Source of the DNA: an uncultured bacterium
GTDB lineage: Bacteria; Patescibacteriota; Patescibacteriia; Patescibacteriales; UBA12465
Direction: 5' to 3'
NCBI GenBank assembly: GCA_903945435.1
Contig: CAJAVM010000003.1
Location: 1,352-65,351 of the forward strand
Length of the DNA stretch: 64,000 nt
The translations under genes and the position numbers were made by a program. The notes beneath the pieces are model-generated. The model worked only from the letters and a program-made list of their open reading frames with translations, was not told the DNA's origin and ran no database searches. Within the stretch, counting starts at the first letter, position 1. Every line of letters begins with the position of its first letter. This document shows positions 55,445 to 64,000 of the stretch, piece by piece.

Positions 55445-56194
55445 ATGCTTAAAAAAATTACACAGATTGGTTTAGCGGTCTTTTTTGTAGTTATTATATA
55501 CCTATTAGCAGCCAATTGGTTTACTTATTATAGTTTTGGAGCATTTGTTCTCCCAGCAAGCGATACTGAATATCGTCATGTTTTTAATTATCAAGCAGCT
55601 ACTTCCTCAACGCTAATTTATGTTTCCCTTGGCGATAGCTTAACGGCTGGCGTTGGTACAACAGATTATTCTCAGACCTACCCCTATCTTATAGCTGAAA
55701 AAATGGCTGGAACTTCAACTAAAGTGATTCATTACAACGCCTCTTATCCTGGCGCTAGAACTCACGATATTCTTGATCATCTATTAGTAAATGCTATTAG
55801 CCAAAAACCAGATGTCGTTACACTTTTAATTGGGACAAACGATATTCACGGACATGTAAGTAAAAAGGTTTTTCGTGAAACTTATGAGGCTATTATTTCA
55901 GAATTAATAAACAAAACTGAAGCTAAAATAAATGTAATCAGCATCCCATTTATTGGAACCGACTCCATATTCTTACCCCCCTATAATTATTACTATCATT
56001 ATAGGATTCTGAGTTTTAATAAAATAATCAAAGAAATAACTATTAAAAATAAAGTAAATTATATTGATTTAACAACACCAACTGCGGCCTATGCTACAAA
56101 AAATAGTAGCTATTATGCAATCGATAAGTTTCATCCATCGGAACTAGGTTATCAGTATTGGTTTCAAATTATTTATGACAATCTCAATTATTAA
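55445..56194 (+). CDS. SGNH/GDSL hydrolase, membrane-anchored
   Basis: LGDSLT, IGTND and DKFHPS. Confidence 0.9.
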   Translation: MLKKITQIGLAVFFVVIIYLLAANWFTYYSFGAFVLPASDTEYRHVFNYQAATSSTLIYVSLGDSLTAGVGTTDYSQTYPYLIAEKMAGTSTKVIHYNASYPGARTHDILDHLLVNAISQKPDVVTLLIGTNDIHGHVSKKVFRETYEAIISELINKTEAKINVISIPFIGTDSIFLPPYNYYYHYRILSFNKIIKEITIKNKVNYIDLTTPTAAYATKNSSYYAIDKFHPSELGYQYWFQIIYDNLNY

Positions 56195-57278
56195 CGCTGT
56201 TCAATCAACACAAATTTTTTTAGGGTTATTTATTCTAGTTTTACTAATAACACTTCGGAAAAAACCAATTTTTGATGGACTATCTATTAATACTACTCAA
56301 GAGCTAAAGGGATTTGCAATTTTAGCCATTTTTTTTGCACATATCGGCTATTTTTTAGTAAGTGATACCCGTTTTTTATTTCCTCTTTCAATTGCTGCTG
56401 GGGTAGGGGTTAATTTATTTTTAATGTTGTCTGGTTATGGTTTGGTAATTAGCTCATTATCAAAACCCTTATCAATTATTCAATTTTATAAACGTCGTTT
56501 ATTAAAAATATATTCACCTTTTTGGTTGGCCTTTTTAATATTTTTAGGTCTAGATTTCTTTATACTTGGTAAAGCATATAGCTTTACCTATATCTGGCAG
56601 TCATTGATAGGTTTTTTCCCAAGTGCTAATTCTTCTGACATAAACTCACCATTTTGGTATTTTACTCTCATCGTTGCTTATTATCTTGTATTTCCTTTGG
56701 TATTTTGGCGTAAGCAACCATGGGTCTCGGCTATAATTTTATATTTAGCGGGTTATTTTTTCTTACGTTGGGAACCTACTGAAATGCACAAAGTTATTTG
56801 GCTCTATGAAGTACATATCCTTGCCTTTCCATTAGGAGTTCTGCTTGGGAGTTTGGTTACTAAATACAAAGGGAGTTTATTTCAGGCTAAAGTAAATACA
56901 ATTTGGGGAAAAATCACTAGACGTAATTGGTTAAATATAATAGGGTATTGCATTTTTGTGCTTTTCCTGTCAGGATTAGTCGTCTATACCGCTTATTATT
57001 CAAATATTGAAGGAACTCGTTGGCAAGAAGAATATACGAGTATAATAACCTGTTTAGCATTAATAATTTTATTCTCAATTAAAAAGATAGAAAGTCGGTT
57101 ATTTTACTGGTTTGGATTTTTTTCTTATGAAGTTTATCTATTACATTGGCCAATTTTATCTCGTTTTGATATTTTTTATTCTTGGGCGCCAGCTTGGCTA
57201 GCGACAGTATTATATCTATTATTTTTCTTAGGGGTTAGTTGGTTAGTAAAAAAAATAATTAATAAAATCAACCCATAA
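56175..57278 (+). CDS. Acyltransferase family 3 (OafA-like)
   Basis: LKGFAIL...H, GVNLFLMLSGYG, FYKRRLLKI and SYEVYLLH. Confidence 0.88.
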   Translation: MTISIINAVQSTQIFLGLFILVLLITLRKKPIFDGLSINTTQELKGFAILAIFFAHIGYFLVSDTRFLFPLSIAAGVGVNLFLMLSGYGLVISSLSKPLSIIQFYKRRLLKIYSPFWLAFLIFLGLDFFILGKAYSFTYIWQSLIGFFPSANSSDINSPFWYFTLIVAYYLVFPLVFWRKQPWVSAIILYLAGYFFLRWEPTEMHKVIWLYEVHILAFPLGVLLGSLVTKYKGSLFQAKVNTIWGKITRRNWLNIIGYCIFVLFLSGLVVYTAYYSNIEGTRWQEEYTSIITCLALIILFSIKKIESRLFYWFGFFSYEVYLLHWPILSRFDIFYSWAPAWLATVLYLLFFLGVSWLVKKIINKINP

Positions 57279-57308
57279 AGAATTCGGCTTACTCAATAAA
57301 CGTATTTT

Positions 57309-58928
57309 ATGAAAACATTTCAAGAACTGGGCTTAAATGCCCATATTCAAAAAAGTCTTAAGGAACTTGGCTATATTGAAGCTACTCCGATTCAAGAAGA
57401 AGCAATCCCATTCGTTCTTGAAAATGATCAAGATTTAATTGGACTAGCTCAAACTGGAACTGGTAAAACGGCCGCTTTTGGTCTACCTATTCTCAACAAG
57501 TTAAAGAAAAATAAAGACGTCCAAGCTATTATTTTATGTCCAACTAGAGAATTGTGCTTGCAAATTAGCAGGGAAATGACTAATTTTTCTAAATACTCGC
57601 AAGGAGTAACGATTGCTACTGTTTATGGTGGAGCGAGCGCTGAAATCCAAATTAGAGATATTCGGGCTGGCGCCAATATTGTTGTTGGTACTCCTGGCCG
57701 TGTTTATGATTTAATTAGAAAACGAGTTCTAAAAATGCATACGATTAGATTTGTTGTTCTTGACGAGGCTGATGAAATGTTAGACCTCGGCTTTAAAGAT
57801 GATTTAGATGCTATTTTAGAAGATACTCCAGAGACTAAACAAACAATGCTTTTTTCTGCAACTATGTCAGCTAGTATTTATAATATTGCAAAAAAGTTCA
57901 TGCGCGAGCCAAAAGAAATTAGTGTTGGTAAAAAAAATATTGGTGCTGATAAAGTAAGCCATCAATATTATTTTACTAGACCAGGCTATAAGTATGAAGT
58001 TCTAAGAAGAATTGTTGACTCTGAACCTGATATTTATGGAATTTTGTTCTGTCGTACTAAACATGAAACTCAAGAGATTGCTGATAAATTAAAGGAAGAT
58101 CGTTATTCAACTGAAACTTTACATGGAGATATCCCACAGCATACTCGCACTTTAATTATGGAACGCTTTCGTCAACGTAAAATTCAATTATTAGTGGCAA
58201 CTGATGTAGCGGCACGCGGAATTGATGTTAATGATTTAACTCATGTTATTAATTATAATCTACCAGAAGCTAATGAAATATACGTTCATCGTAGCGGTCG
58301 TACTGGACGAGCACAAAAAAGCGGAACCTCAATTTCTTTATTAACTACCCGTGAAGCTTATAAAATTCGCGAACTTGAACAAAAAACTGGAAAAACTTTT
58401 GAACTTAAGCAGGTTCCAACTGGTAAAGAAATTTGCGAGAGACAATTAATTAGTCTGGTTGATAAGATGAAAAATATTAAAGTTGATGAAAAAGAAATTG
58501 CTTCTTTTCTTCCTGCGATTGAAGAAAGCTTAAAAGGGTTATCGCGCCAACAACTTCTTACGCGCTTTGTTTCTGCTGAGTTTAATCATTTTATAGAATT
58601 ATATAAAGATGCTAAAGACCTGCAAATATTATCGCCTAATGATAAATTCGGCGGAGATAGGGGTGGACGCGAACGTCGCGAACGTCAACCTGATGAAAAT
58701 TTCATTAATGTAATGATAAATGTTGGTCGTGATGATAGATTTGAAATTAAAGACTTATTCAGCATGGTTAATAGCCAACGAGAACTAAAAGGGGCCGATA
58801 TTGGAAAAGTAAAAATGTCCGGAACTTTTACGACTTTTGGTATTGATAAAACTAAAGAAAAAGTTGTTGTCCGTTGCCTAAAAGGACTTCGTTTTAGAGG
58901 ACAAGTAATCGACGCTAAGCTAGCTTAA
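57309..58928 (+). CDS. DEAD-box RNA helicase with a C-terminal DbpA-like RNA-binding domain
   Basis: AQTGTGKT, PTREL, DEAD, SAT and HRSGRTGR. Confidence 0.95.
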   Translation: MKTFQELGLNAHIQKSLKELGYIEATPIQEEAIPFVLENDQDLIGLAQTGTGKTAAFGLPILNKLKKNKDVQAIILCPTRELCLQISREMTNFSKYSQGVTIATVYGGASAEIQIRDIRAGANIVVGTPGRVYDLIRKRVLKMHTIRFVVLDEADEMLDLGFKDDLDAILEDTPETKQTMLFSATMSASIYNIAKKFMREPKEISVGKKNIGADKVSHQYYFTRPGYKYEVLRRIVDSEPDIYGILFCRTKHETQEIADKLKEDRYSTETLHGDIPQHTRTLIMERFRQRKIQLLVATDVAARGIDVNDLTHVINYNLPEANEIYVHRSGRTGRAQKSGTSISLLTTREAYKIRELEQKTGKTFELKQVPTGKEICERQLISLVDKMKNIKVDEKEIASFLPAIEESLKGLSRQQLLTRFVSAEFNHFIELYKDAKDLQILSPNDKFGGDRGGRERRERQPDENFINVMINVGRDDRFEIKDLFSMVNSQRELKGADIGKVKMSGTFTTFGIDKTKEKVVVRCLKGLRFRGQVIDAKLA

Positions 58929-58940
58929 ATAAATAAATAA

Positions 58941-59717
58941 ATGACTATCGCTGATTACCAATTAATTACTAGTCTGCAAAATAATCAAATCAAGTTATTG
59001 GAAAAGTTAAATACTAAAAAATATCGCCAAGTAGAAAAAAAATTCTTGGTTGAAAATTTAGCAATTATTTTTGATGCCTTAAAAGATGGTTACGATTTTG
59101 AAGCCTTATTTATTACTGAAGCTTTTGCGAGTAAGCATCAAGCAGAGCTTGAATTTATACATACTAAAACTAAGAGCAAAAACTTTTATCTTATCAATGA
59201 AAAATTAAATAAGCATTATTCTAAATTAGATACTCCTTCAGGGATTACCGCTATTTATAATATTAAAACTAAATCGCCAGATAAAACATCAATTATCTAT
59301 TTAAATGGAGTAAGCGACCCTGGAAATTTAGGAACAATAATGCGTAGCGCCCTAGCTTTCAATTTTGTAAATTTAATTTTAGACAAACATTGTGTTGATA
59401 TCTATAATTATAAAGTTATTAATGCCGCGAAGGATGCTATCTTTAAATTAAATATTATTGAAGACAATGACGGTAAATGGCTCCAGGAGAACAAATTACC
59501 TCTTTATGCGGCCAGTGCGCACTCGGGTGTTGATTTAGCAAAATTTAAGCCCGCAAAGGCCTTCTGCTTAGTCTTAGGAAGCGAGAGTCATGGCATTAAT
59601 GAAGAAATCTCAAAACTAACGACTAAAAACATAAAAATAGAAATCTCAAAAAATATCGAGTCTTTAAATGTTGCCGTAGCGGCCGCTATTTTATTTTATG
59701 AACTCAGAAATAAATAA
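58941..59717 (+). CDS. TrmH/SpoU family RNA methyltransferase
   Basis: DPGNLGTIMRS, LGSESHG and ESLNVAVA. Confidence 0.92.
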   Translation: MTIADYQLITSLQNNQIKLLEKLNTKKYRQVEKKFLVENLAIIFDALKDGYDFEALFITEAFASKHQAELEFIHTKTKSKNFYLINEKLNKHYSKLDTPSGITAIYNIKTKSPDKTSIIYLNGVSDPGNLGTIMRSALAFNFVNLILDKHCVDIYNYKVINAAKDAIFKLNIIEDNDGKWLQENKLPLYAASAHSGVDLAKFKPAKAFCLVLGSESHGINEEISKLTTKNIKIEISKNIESLNVAVAAAILFYELRNK

Positions 59718-61311
59718 GGTAATTAGAGTTGAAGAAGTTGCGCTCGGCCTAGATGAAGATGAGTCAATTCTTAAATCTAAAATTTCTAAAATTCTCAACT
59801 TACCCGAATCAGAAATACTCGAATATCAAATTGTTAAAAAAACTATTGATTCTCGTCAAAAGAATATTCTTTTTGTATATTCACTTGATATTAAAGTTAA
59901 AAATATCAAAATGATAAATACTTGGGATATTCGTCATCGGGCGAGAATCCACGAGCCTTTTATCTATCAAGAAAAAACCATCAATAAAAAAACTAACAAA
60001 AAAATCGTTATCGTTGGTAGTGGTCCTTGTGGTTTATTTTCCGCTTTATTATTATCTAAGGCTGGCTTAAAGCCATTATTAATAGAGCAGGGAAAAGACG
60101 TTGATGCTCGCGTAGAAGATGTAAATAATTTTTTTAAAGAACGAAAATTTAATTCAAAATCAAATATTCAATTTGGGGAAGGTGGGGCGGGGACTTTTTC
60201 TGATGGTAAATTATATACCCTAATCAACGACCCGCGTTCTAAATATATTTTTACAGAACTCATTAAAGCCGGTGCTCCGGAAGAAATTGCCGTCAGCGGG
60301 ACTCCTCACATTGGAACTGACAAGTTACGATTAGTGATTAAAAATATTCGAGCTAAGATTATTAAACTTGGGGGAGAAATCAGATTCGAAACCTGTTTAA
60401 CTGATTTAGAAATCAAAAATAAAAAAATAAAATCTATTACTATAAACAATACTGAAAAGCTTAAGGTTGACGAACTTATTTTAGCAACTGGGCATTCTGC
60501 TCGTGATACCTATCAATTACTTTATCAGCGCGGGCTCAGTATGAGTGCTAAAGCTTTTTCAATTGGTCTACGTATTGAACATGAAGCTAATACAATTAAT
60601 AAAGCCCAATATAAAGATGCTTATAATCACCCTAAATTAGGAGTAGCTAAATATAAGTTAGTTCAGCATTTATACAATAATCGACCAGTTTATAGTTTTT
60701 GTATGTGCCCGGGTGGTTATGTTATGGGTGCAGCCTCTGAAGAAGGGGGTGTAGTTACTAATGGAATGAGTGAATATTCTCAAAATGGAATAAATTCTAA
60801 TAGCGCTCTATTAGTCCCAGTTACACCAAGCGATTTTAATTCTGAGCATCCACTTGCCGGTATAGAATTTCAAAGAAAATTTGAACAAGCCGCTTATCTT
60901 GCGGGTGGTAGTGATTATTCAGCACCAGCCCAATTACTTGGAGATTTTTTAAACCAACAACCATCACTTACCTCTAAAAACATAAAACCAACTTATAGAC
61001 CAGGAATCAAGATGACCTCACTCAATTCTTGTTTACCGGATTATATATTGAGTAGCTTGAGGGAGGCAATCCCACTGTTTGAAAGAAAAATCAAGGGCTT
61101 TTCTAATCCTAATGCTATTTTAACCGGAGTTGAAACTAGGAGCTCTGCTCCAGTGCGATTAGAAAGAAATGAAAAGTATGAATCAAATATTACAGGAATC
61201 TATCCAGCCGGTGAAGGTGCTGGGCATGCCGGAGGGATAGTTTCTTCGGCAATTGACGGCTTAACGGTAGCTGAAGCGATAATTGATAAAATAAATGAAG
61301 AAAAAAAATAA
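59698..61311 (+). CDS. FAD-dependent oxidoreductase (uncharacterised family)
   Basis: VGSGPCG, QFGEGGAGTFSDGKL, FCMCPGG and GEGAGHAGGIVS. Confidence 0.9.
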   Translation: MNSEINKVIRVEEVALGLDEDESILKSKISKILNLPESEILEYQIVKKTIDSRQKNILFVYSLDIKVKNIKMINTWDIRHRARIHEPFIYQEKTINKKTNKKIVIVGSGPCGLFSALLLSKAGLKPLLIEQGKDVDARVEDVNNFFKERKFNSKSNIQFGEGGAGTFSDGKLYTLINDPRSKYIFTELIKAGAPEEIAVSGTPHIGTDKLRLVIKNIRAKIIKLGGEIRFETCLTDLEIKNKKIKSITINNTEKLKVDELILATGHSARDTYQLLYQRGLSMSAKAFSIGLRIEHEANTINKAQYKDAYNHPKLGVAKYKLVQHLYNNRPVYSFCMCPGGYVMGAASEEGGVVTNGMSEYSQNGINSNSALLVPVTPSDFNSEHPLAGIEFQRKFEQAAYLAGGSDYSAPAQLLGDFLNQQPSLTSKNIKPTYRPGIKMTSLNSCLPDYILSSLREAIPLFERKIKGFSNPNAILTGVETRSSAPVRLERNEKYESNITGIYPAGEGAGHAGGIVSSAIDGLTVAEAIIDKINEEKK

Positions 61312-61355
61312 ACTTACGTAATAGTAGGTATATTAATAAAATTATAAAAAAATTT

Positions 61356-61880
61356 ATGGAAGAGCTAAAAAATCAAGATAAAAAAGAAGGCCATCATCAT
61401 AGTCATCACAATAATAGTTTCCGTGATTGTATTAGTGGCCATTGTCATAATTGCAACATGGGGCATAAAGTTGGAAAAATTTTAATTGTTATCTTTATTG
61501 TTTGGGCCTTAATTTCTATTGGTGTTGCTATGGGCTCACAATTTAATCGTTTTGAAGGAAGAGGAGAGTTTGGCCAAAATAAATTTATGATGGAAAAGGG
61601 TGGTTGCGGTTTTAATAATTTTTCGGATGATTCTCGAGGTGGTAACCAACAATTTCAAAACCAACGCGGTGAAGGTCAAAATTTTAATGGTGGTTGTGGA
61701 CAGCAAGTTCAAACACCCCAATTTAATAACCAAGCTAACGTCGGTGGATGTGCTATGCAAGGCGGCGCACAAGGTGGAACACAATGTAATAATCCTAGTT
61801 GTCCACTTAATCAAGCTACTCCATCTCAATTTGTCCCTGTAAACCCTACGCCAGAAATACCAACAGTTATAACTCAGTAA
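61356..61880 (+). CDS. Membrane protein with a His/Cys-rich N-terminus and a Gly/Gln/Asn-rich Cys-containing tail
   Basis: HHHSHH...CISGHCHNC, one TM, repeated GGC. Confidence 0.65.
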   Translation: MEELKNQDKKEGHHHSHHNNSFRDCISGHCHNCNMGHKVGKILIVIFIVWALISIGVAMGSQFNRFEGRGEFGQNKFMMEKGGCGFNNFSDDSRGGNQQFQNQRGEGQNFNGGCGQQVQTPQFNNQANVGGCAMQGGAQGGTQCNNPSCPLNQATPSQFVPVNPTPEIPTVITQ

Positions 61881-61982
61881 AATTTTAAAACTGCCTCATT
61901 AACGGGGCAGTTTTTGTAAGTATTTACCTAGTGTTTAATCAATGCTATAATCAGAAAACTAATATAATATAAATACAAAAAT

Positions 61983-62513
61983 ATGACAGAAAAAACCAAA
62001 GAAATTATTAATAACCAAATAAACGAAGAATTCTATTCTGCTTATCTTTATTTAGCTTTTTCCGCTAAATTAGAGAAATGGGGTTTTAAAGGCGCGGCCA
62101 ATTGGATGAAAATTCAAGCTCAAGAAGAAAATGACCACGCTTTAGGATTCTTTCGCTTTTTATTAGAAAGAGGCGAAGAGCCAGAACTCCGAGCAATAGC
62201 TAAACCAGAAGAGGCTAGTCTAAAAAATATGCTAGACATGTTCTCGGCTGGACTCGCCCACGAAAAGCATATTACCGCCTGCATAGGTAAAATTTATGAA
62301 TTAGCTCGAGAAGAGAAAGATTATGCCCTTGAATCATTTACAAAATGGTATATTGATGAACAGGTAGAAGAAGAAGCAAATGCTATAGAAATAATCGATA
62401 AACTTAAATTGATTGGTGATAATGGTTCCGCTGTTTATATGCTAGACCAAGAATTGAAAGCAAGAATGTATGTTCCCTCTGGTCCATACGCAACGGCTAA
62501 TACTGCCGCTTAA
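61983..62513 (+). CDS. ftnA: Non-heme ferritin
   Basis: QINEEFYSAYLY, QAQEENDH and WYIDEQVEEE ferroxidase residues. Confidence 0.93.
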   Translation: MTEKTKEIINNQINEEFYSAYLYLAFSAKLEKWGFKGAANWMKIQAQEENDHALGFFRFLLERGEEPELRAIAKPEEASLKNMLDMFSAGLAHEKHITACIGKIYELAREEKDYALESFTKWYIDEQVEEEANAIEIIDKLKLIGDNGSAVYMLDQELKARMYVPSGPYATANTAA

Positions 62514-62527
62514 TAGAATTATATAAT

Positions 62528-62557
62528 AAAAATAAGGCCCTTTGGGGGCCTTATTTT
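62528..62557. terminator. Bidirectional terminator
   Basis: AAAATAAGGCCC/GGGCCTTATTTT. Confidence 0.8.
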
Positions 62558-62588
62558 GTAAGATAGAAGAGGGTAATAACTAGATTCC

Positions 62589-63389
62589 TTAGTCATTATC
62601 TCTTTCATTTTTTTCTGCTTTACGAATTGCATTCTGAATATGGACATTAAGATTATTTCTATATTCTGCATGACGTTTATCTTTTTTATACTTTTTCTCT
62701 TTTTTTTCATGACGTTCATCTTTATCATCATCATGGCATTTCTTGATAGTTGGAGTAGTAGTTCCGGTACCCGGAGTACTTGTGCTGTTAGCTAAAGTAA
62801 CAACTGTAATGGTTGCTGTTTTAGCTGATATATTCCCCGCGACATCATAAGCGGCAATCGCAAACTGATAAGAAGTTGAGGCGGTTAAACCAGTACTATT
62901 AAACTGTAGACTGGAAGTATTACCTAGTAAAATACCATCCTTATATATTTTATAACCAACTACAGCAATATTATCAGCTGAAGCTGTCCAAGTTAGTTTT
63001 ACTAAATTTTTAGTTTTACTTGGAGAAACTAAATTAGTTGGAACAGTTGGGACAATAGTGTCAGCAACTACGACAATATCTCCTAGATATTTAGAAGTTA
63101 GCATTGAATTAGCTGAGATACTACTACCATGTTGTCCTCCAAAAATTGCAGTTGCGTTCGTACCGCAAAGAGCATTAATTGCCGCCGCGCCGCCTGGATG
63201 GAAAGGAGCGTAACTCGTTAGATTGTATACTTTACCATTTACTATTGACCAGCAATCAGATGCTGTATTATGCGTTTGAACTTGAGCGACTGTATAAGTA
63301 GTCGCCGCCTCTACATTTTTGGGAGTAGTAAGTAGTGCTGATGCTCCACCAAAGACTACCAACATTCCCATAATTAAGTATTTTTTCAT
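62589..63389 (-). CDS. Secreted cytochrome b5-like heme-binding domain plus fibronectin type III domain protein
   Basis: HNTASDCW...GKVYNLT...HPGG...H (b5); WTASADN..VVGYKIY...GLTASTSY...AYD.AGN (FN3). Confidence 0.88.
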   Translation of the reverse strand: MKKYLIMGMLVVFGGASALLTTPKNVEAATTYTVAQVQTHNTASDCWSIVNGKVYNLTSYAPFHPGGAAAINALCGTNATAIFGGQHGSSISANSMLTSKYLGDIVVVADTIVPTVPTNLVSPSKTKNLVKLTWTASADNIAVVGYKIYKDGILLGNTSSLQFNSTGLTASTSYQFAIAAYDVAGNISAKTATITVVTLANSTSTPGTGTTTPTIKKCHDDDKDERHEKKEKKYKKDKRHAEYRNNLNVHIQNAIRKAEKNERDND

Positions 63390-63461
63390 AAAGTTTGTAA
63401 GTGATAAAATAAATTTTTTATTTCATCCCTTCATTAAGAATTAATGTTTAACATAATATAG

Positions 63462-63548
63462 TACACACCGCGATTTGTTTTGTTACATTCAAATGGATAT
63501 AATGAACAAATATAATCGGATATGTAACAATTTCCTTATAAATTTGTA
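63462..63548. promoter_or_regulatory. Pair of divergent ECF-type promoter motifs
   Basis: TGTAACAA-N14-TGTA on the + strand (63523-63548) and on the - strand (63487-63462). Confidence 0.6.
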
Positions 63549-63563
63549 TAGTATCATGTAAAT

Positions 63564-64000
63564 ATGCCAAAAAATTCCCAAAATTTTATTGGGCACTACA
63601 ATCAATTCAAAGATAAAATATATAATTATATTTTATACCGAACCGGCTTTGATAGAGACTTGGCGGAAGATTTGACATCCGAAGTTTTTATTAAAGCTTT
63701 TAAGAGCTTTGAAAGTTTTGACAAAGAATTAAATTTTCAAGCCTGGATATTTACTATTGCTCGCAATCATTTAATTAACCACTATAGAGCCAGTAAAAAA
63801 ACCGTACCCCTGGAAGACATGGAAAATGTTTTGCAAACTAAGTCTGATGAGCTTGGACAAAAGCTAGAAGTAGAAAGAATCTTAGATATTATAAACAGAA
63901 TGGACGATAGCGATAAAGACCCCCTACTGTTACGTTATTCTGACGGTTTATCAAATACGGAAATTGCAAGTGTGCTAGAAAAAGACGAGGGTGCAGTTAG
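63564..64000 (+). CDS. ECF-type RNA polymerase sigma factor (runs off the window end; absent from the ORF track)
   Basis: Manual translation MPKNSQ...AEDLTSEVFIKA...FQAWIFTIARNHLINHYR, then region-4-like GLSNTEIASVL. Confidence 0.9.
   Translation, partial: MPKNSQNFIGHYNQFKDKIYNYILYRTGFDRDLAEDLTSEVFIKAFKSFESFDKELNFQAWIFTIARNHLINHYRASKKTVPLEDMENVLQTKSDELGQKLEVERILDIINRMDDSDKDPLLLRYSDGLSNTEIASVLEKDEGAV

Overview
AT-rich bacterial chromosome segment read with genetic code 11 (mnmA ends in TGA). Weak or absent Shine-Dalgarno signals and the gene content suggest a Patescibacteria/CPR (Parcubacteria-like) genome; this is an inference. The backbone carries core genes (rnpB, mnmA, tRNA-Leu, parA, parB, dnaE, class I aldolase, rodA, rplY, prmC, prfA, rpmE, greA, lysS, tRNA-Gln), two cell-surface glycosylation clusters, large secreted proteins, and a DEAD helicase/TrmH/FAD oxidoreductase/ferritin/cytochrome b5/ECF sigma region. 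About 20 bp downstream of tRNA-Gln there is a roughly 17.6 kb integrated element (about 36681-54244) bounded by candidate serine-recombinase attL/attR sites. It encodes a large serine recombinase, an Xis-like HTH protein, both terminase subunits (no recognisable capsid, portal, tail or replication genes), four DNA methyltransferases, an NlaIII/IceA-like restriction-modification pair and a PHP-ATPase/nuclease/HEPN defence-like cluster. The most unusual signal is an unannotated RNA of about 170 nt (41523-41697). It starts at a predicted promoter, has several mutually exclusive pairings, and lies upstream of two membrane proteins that share an identical N-terminal zinc ribbon.
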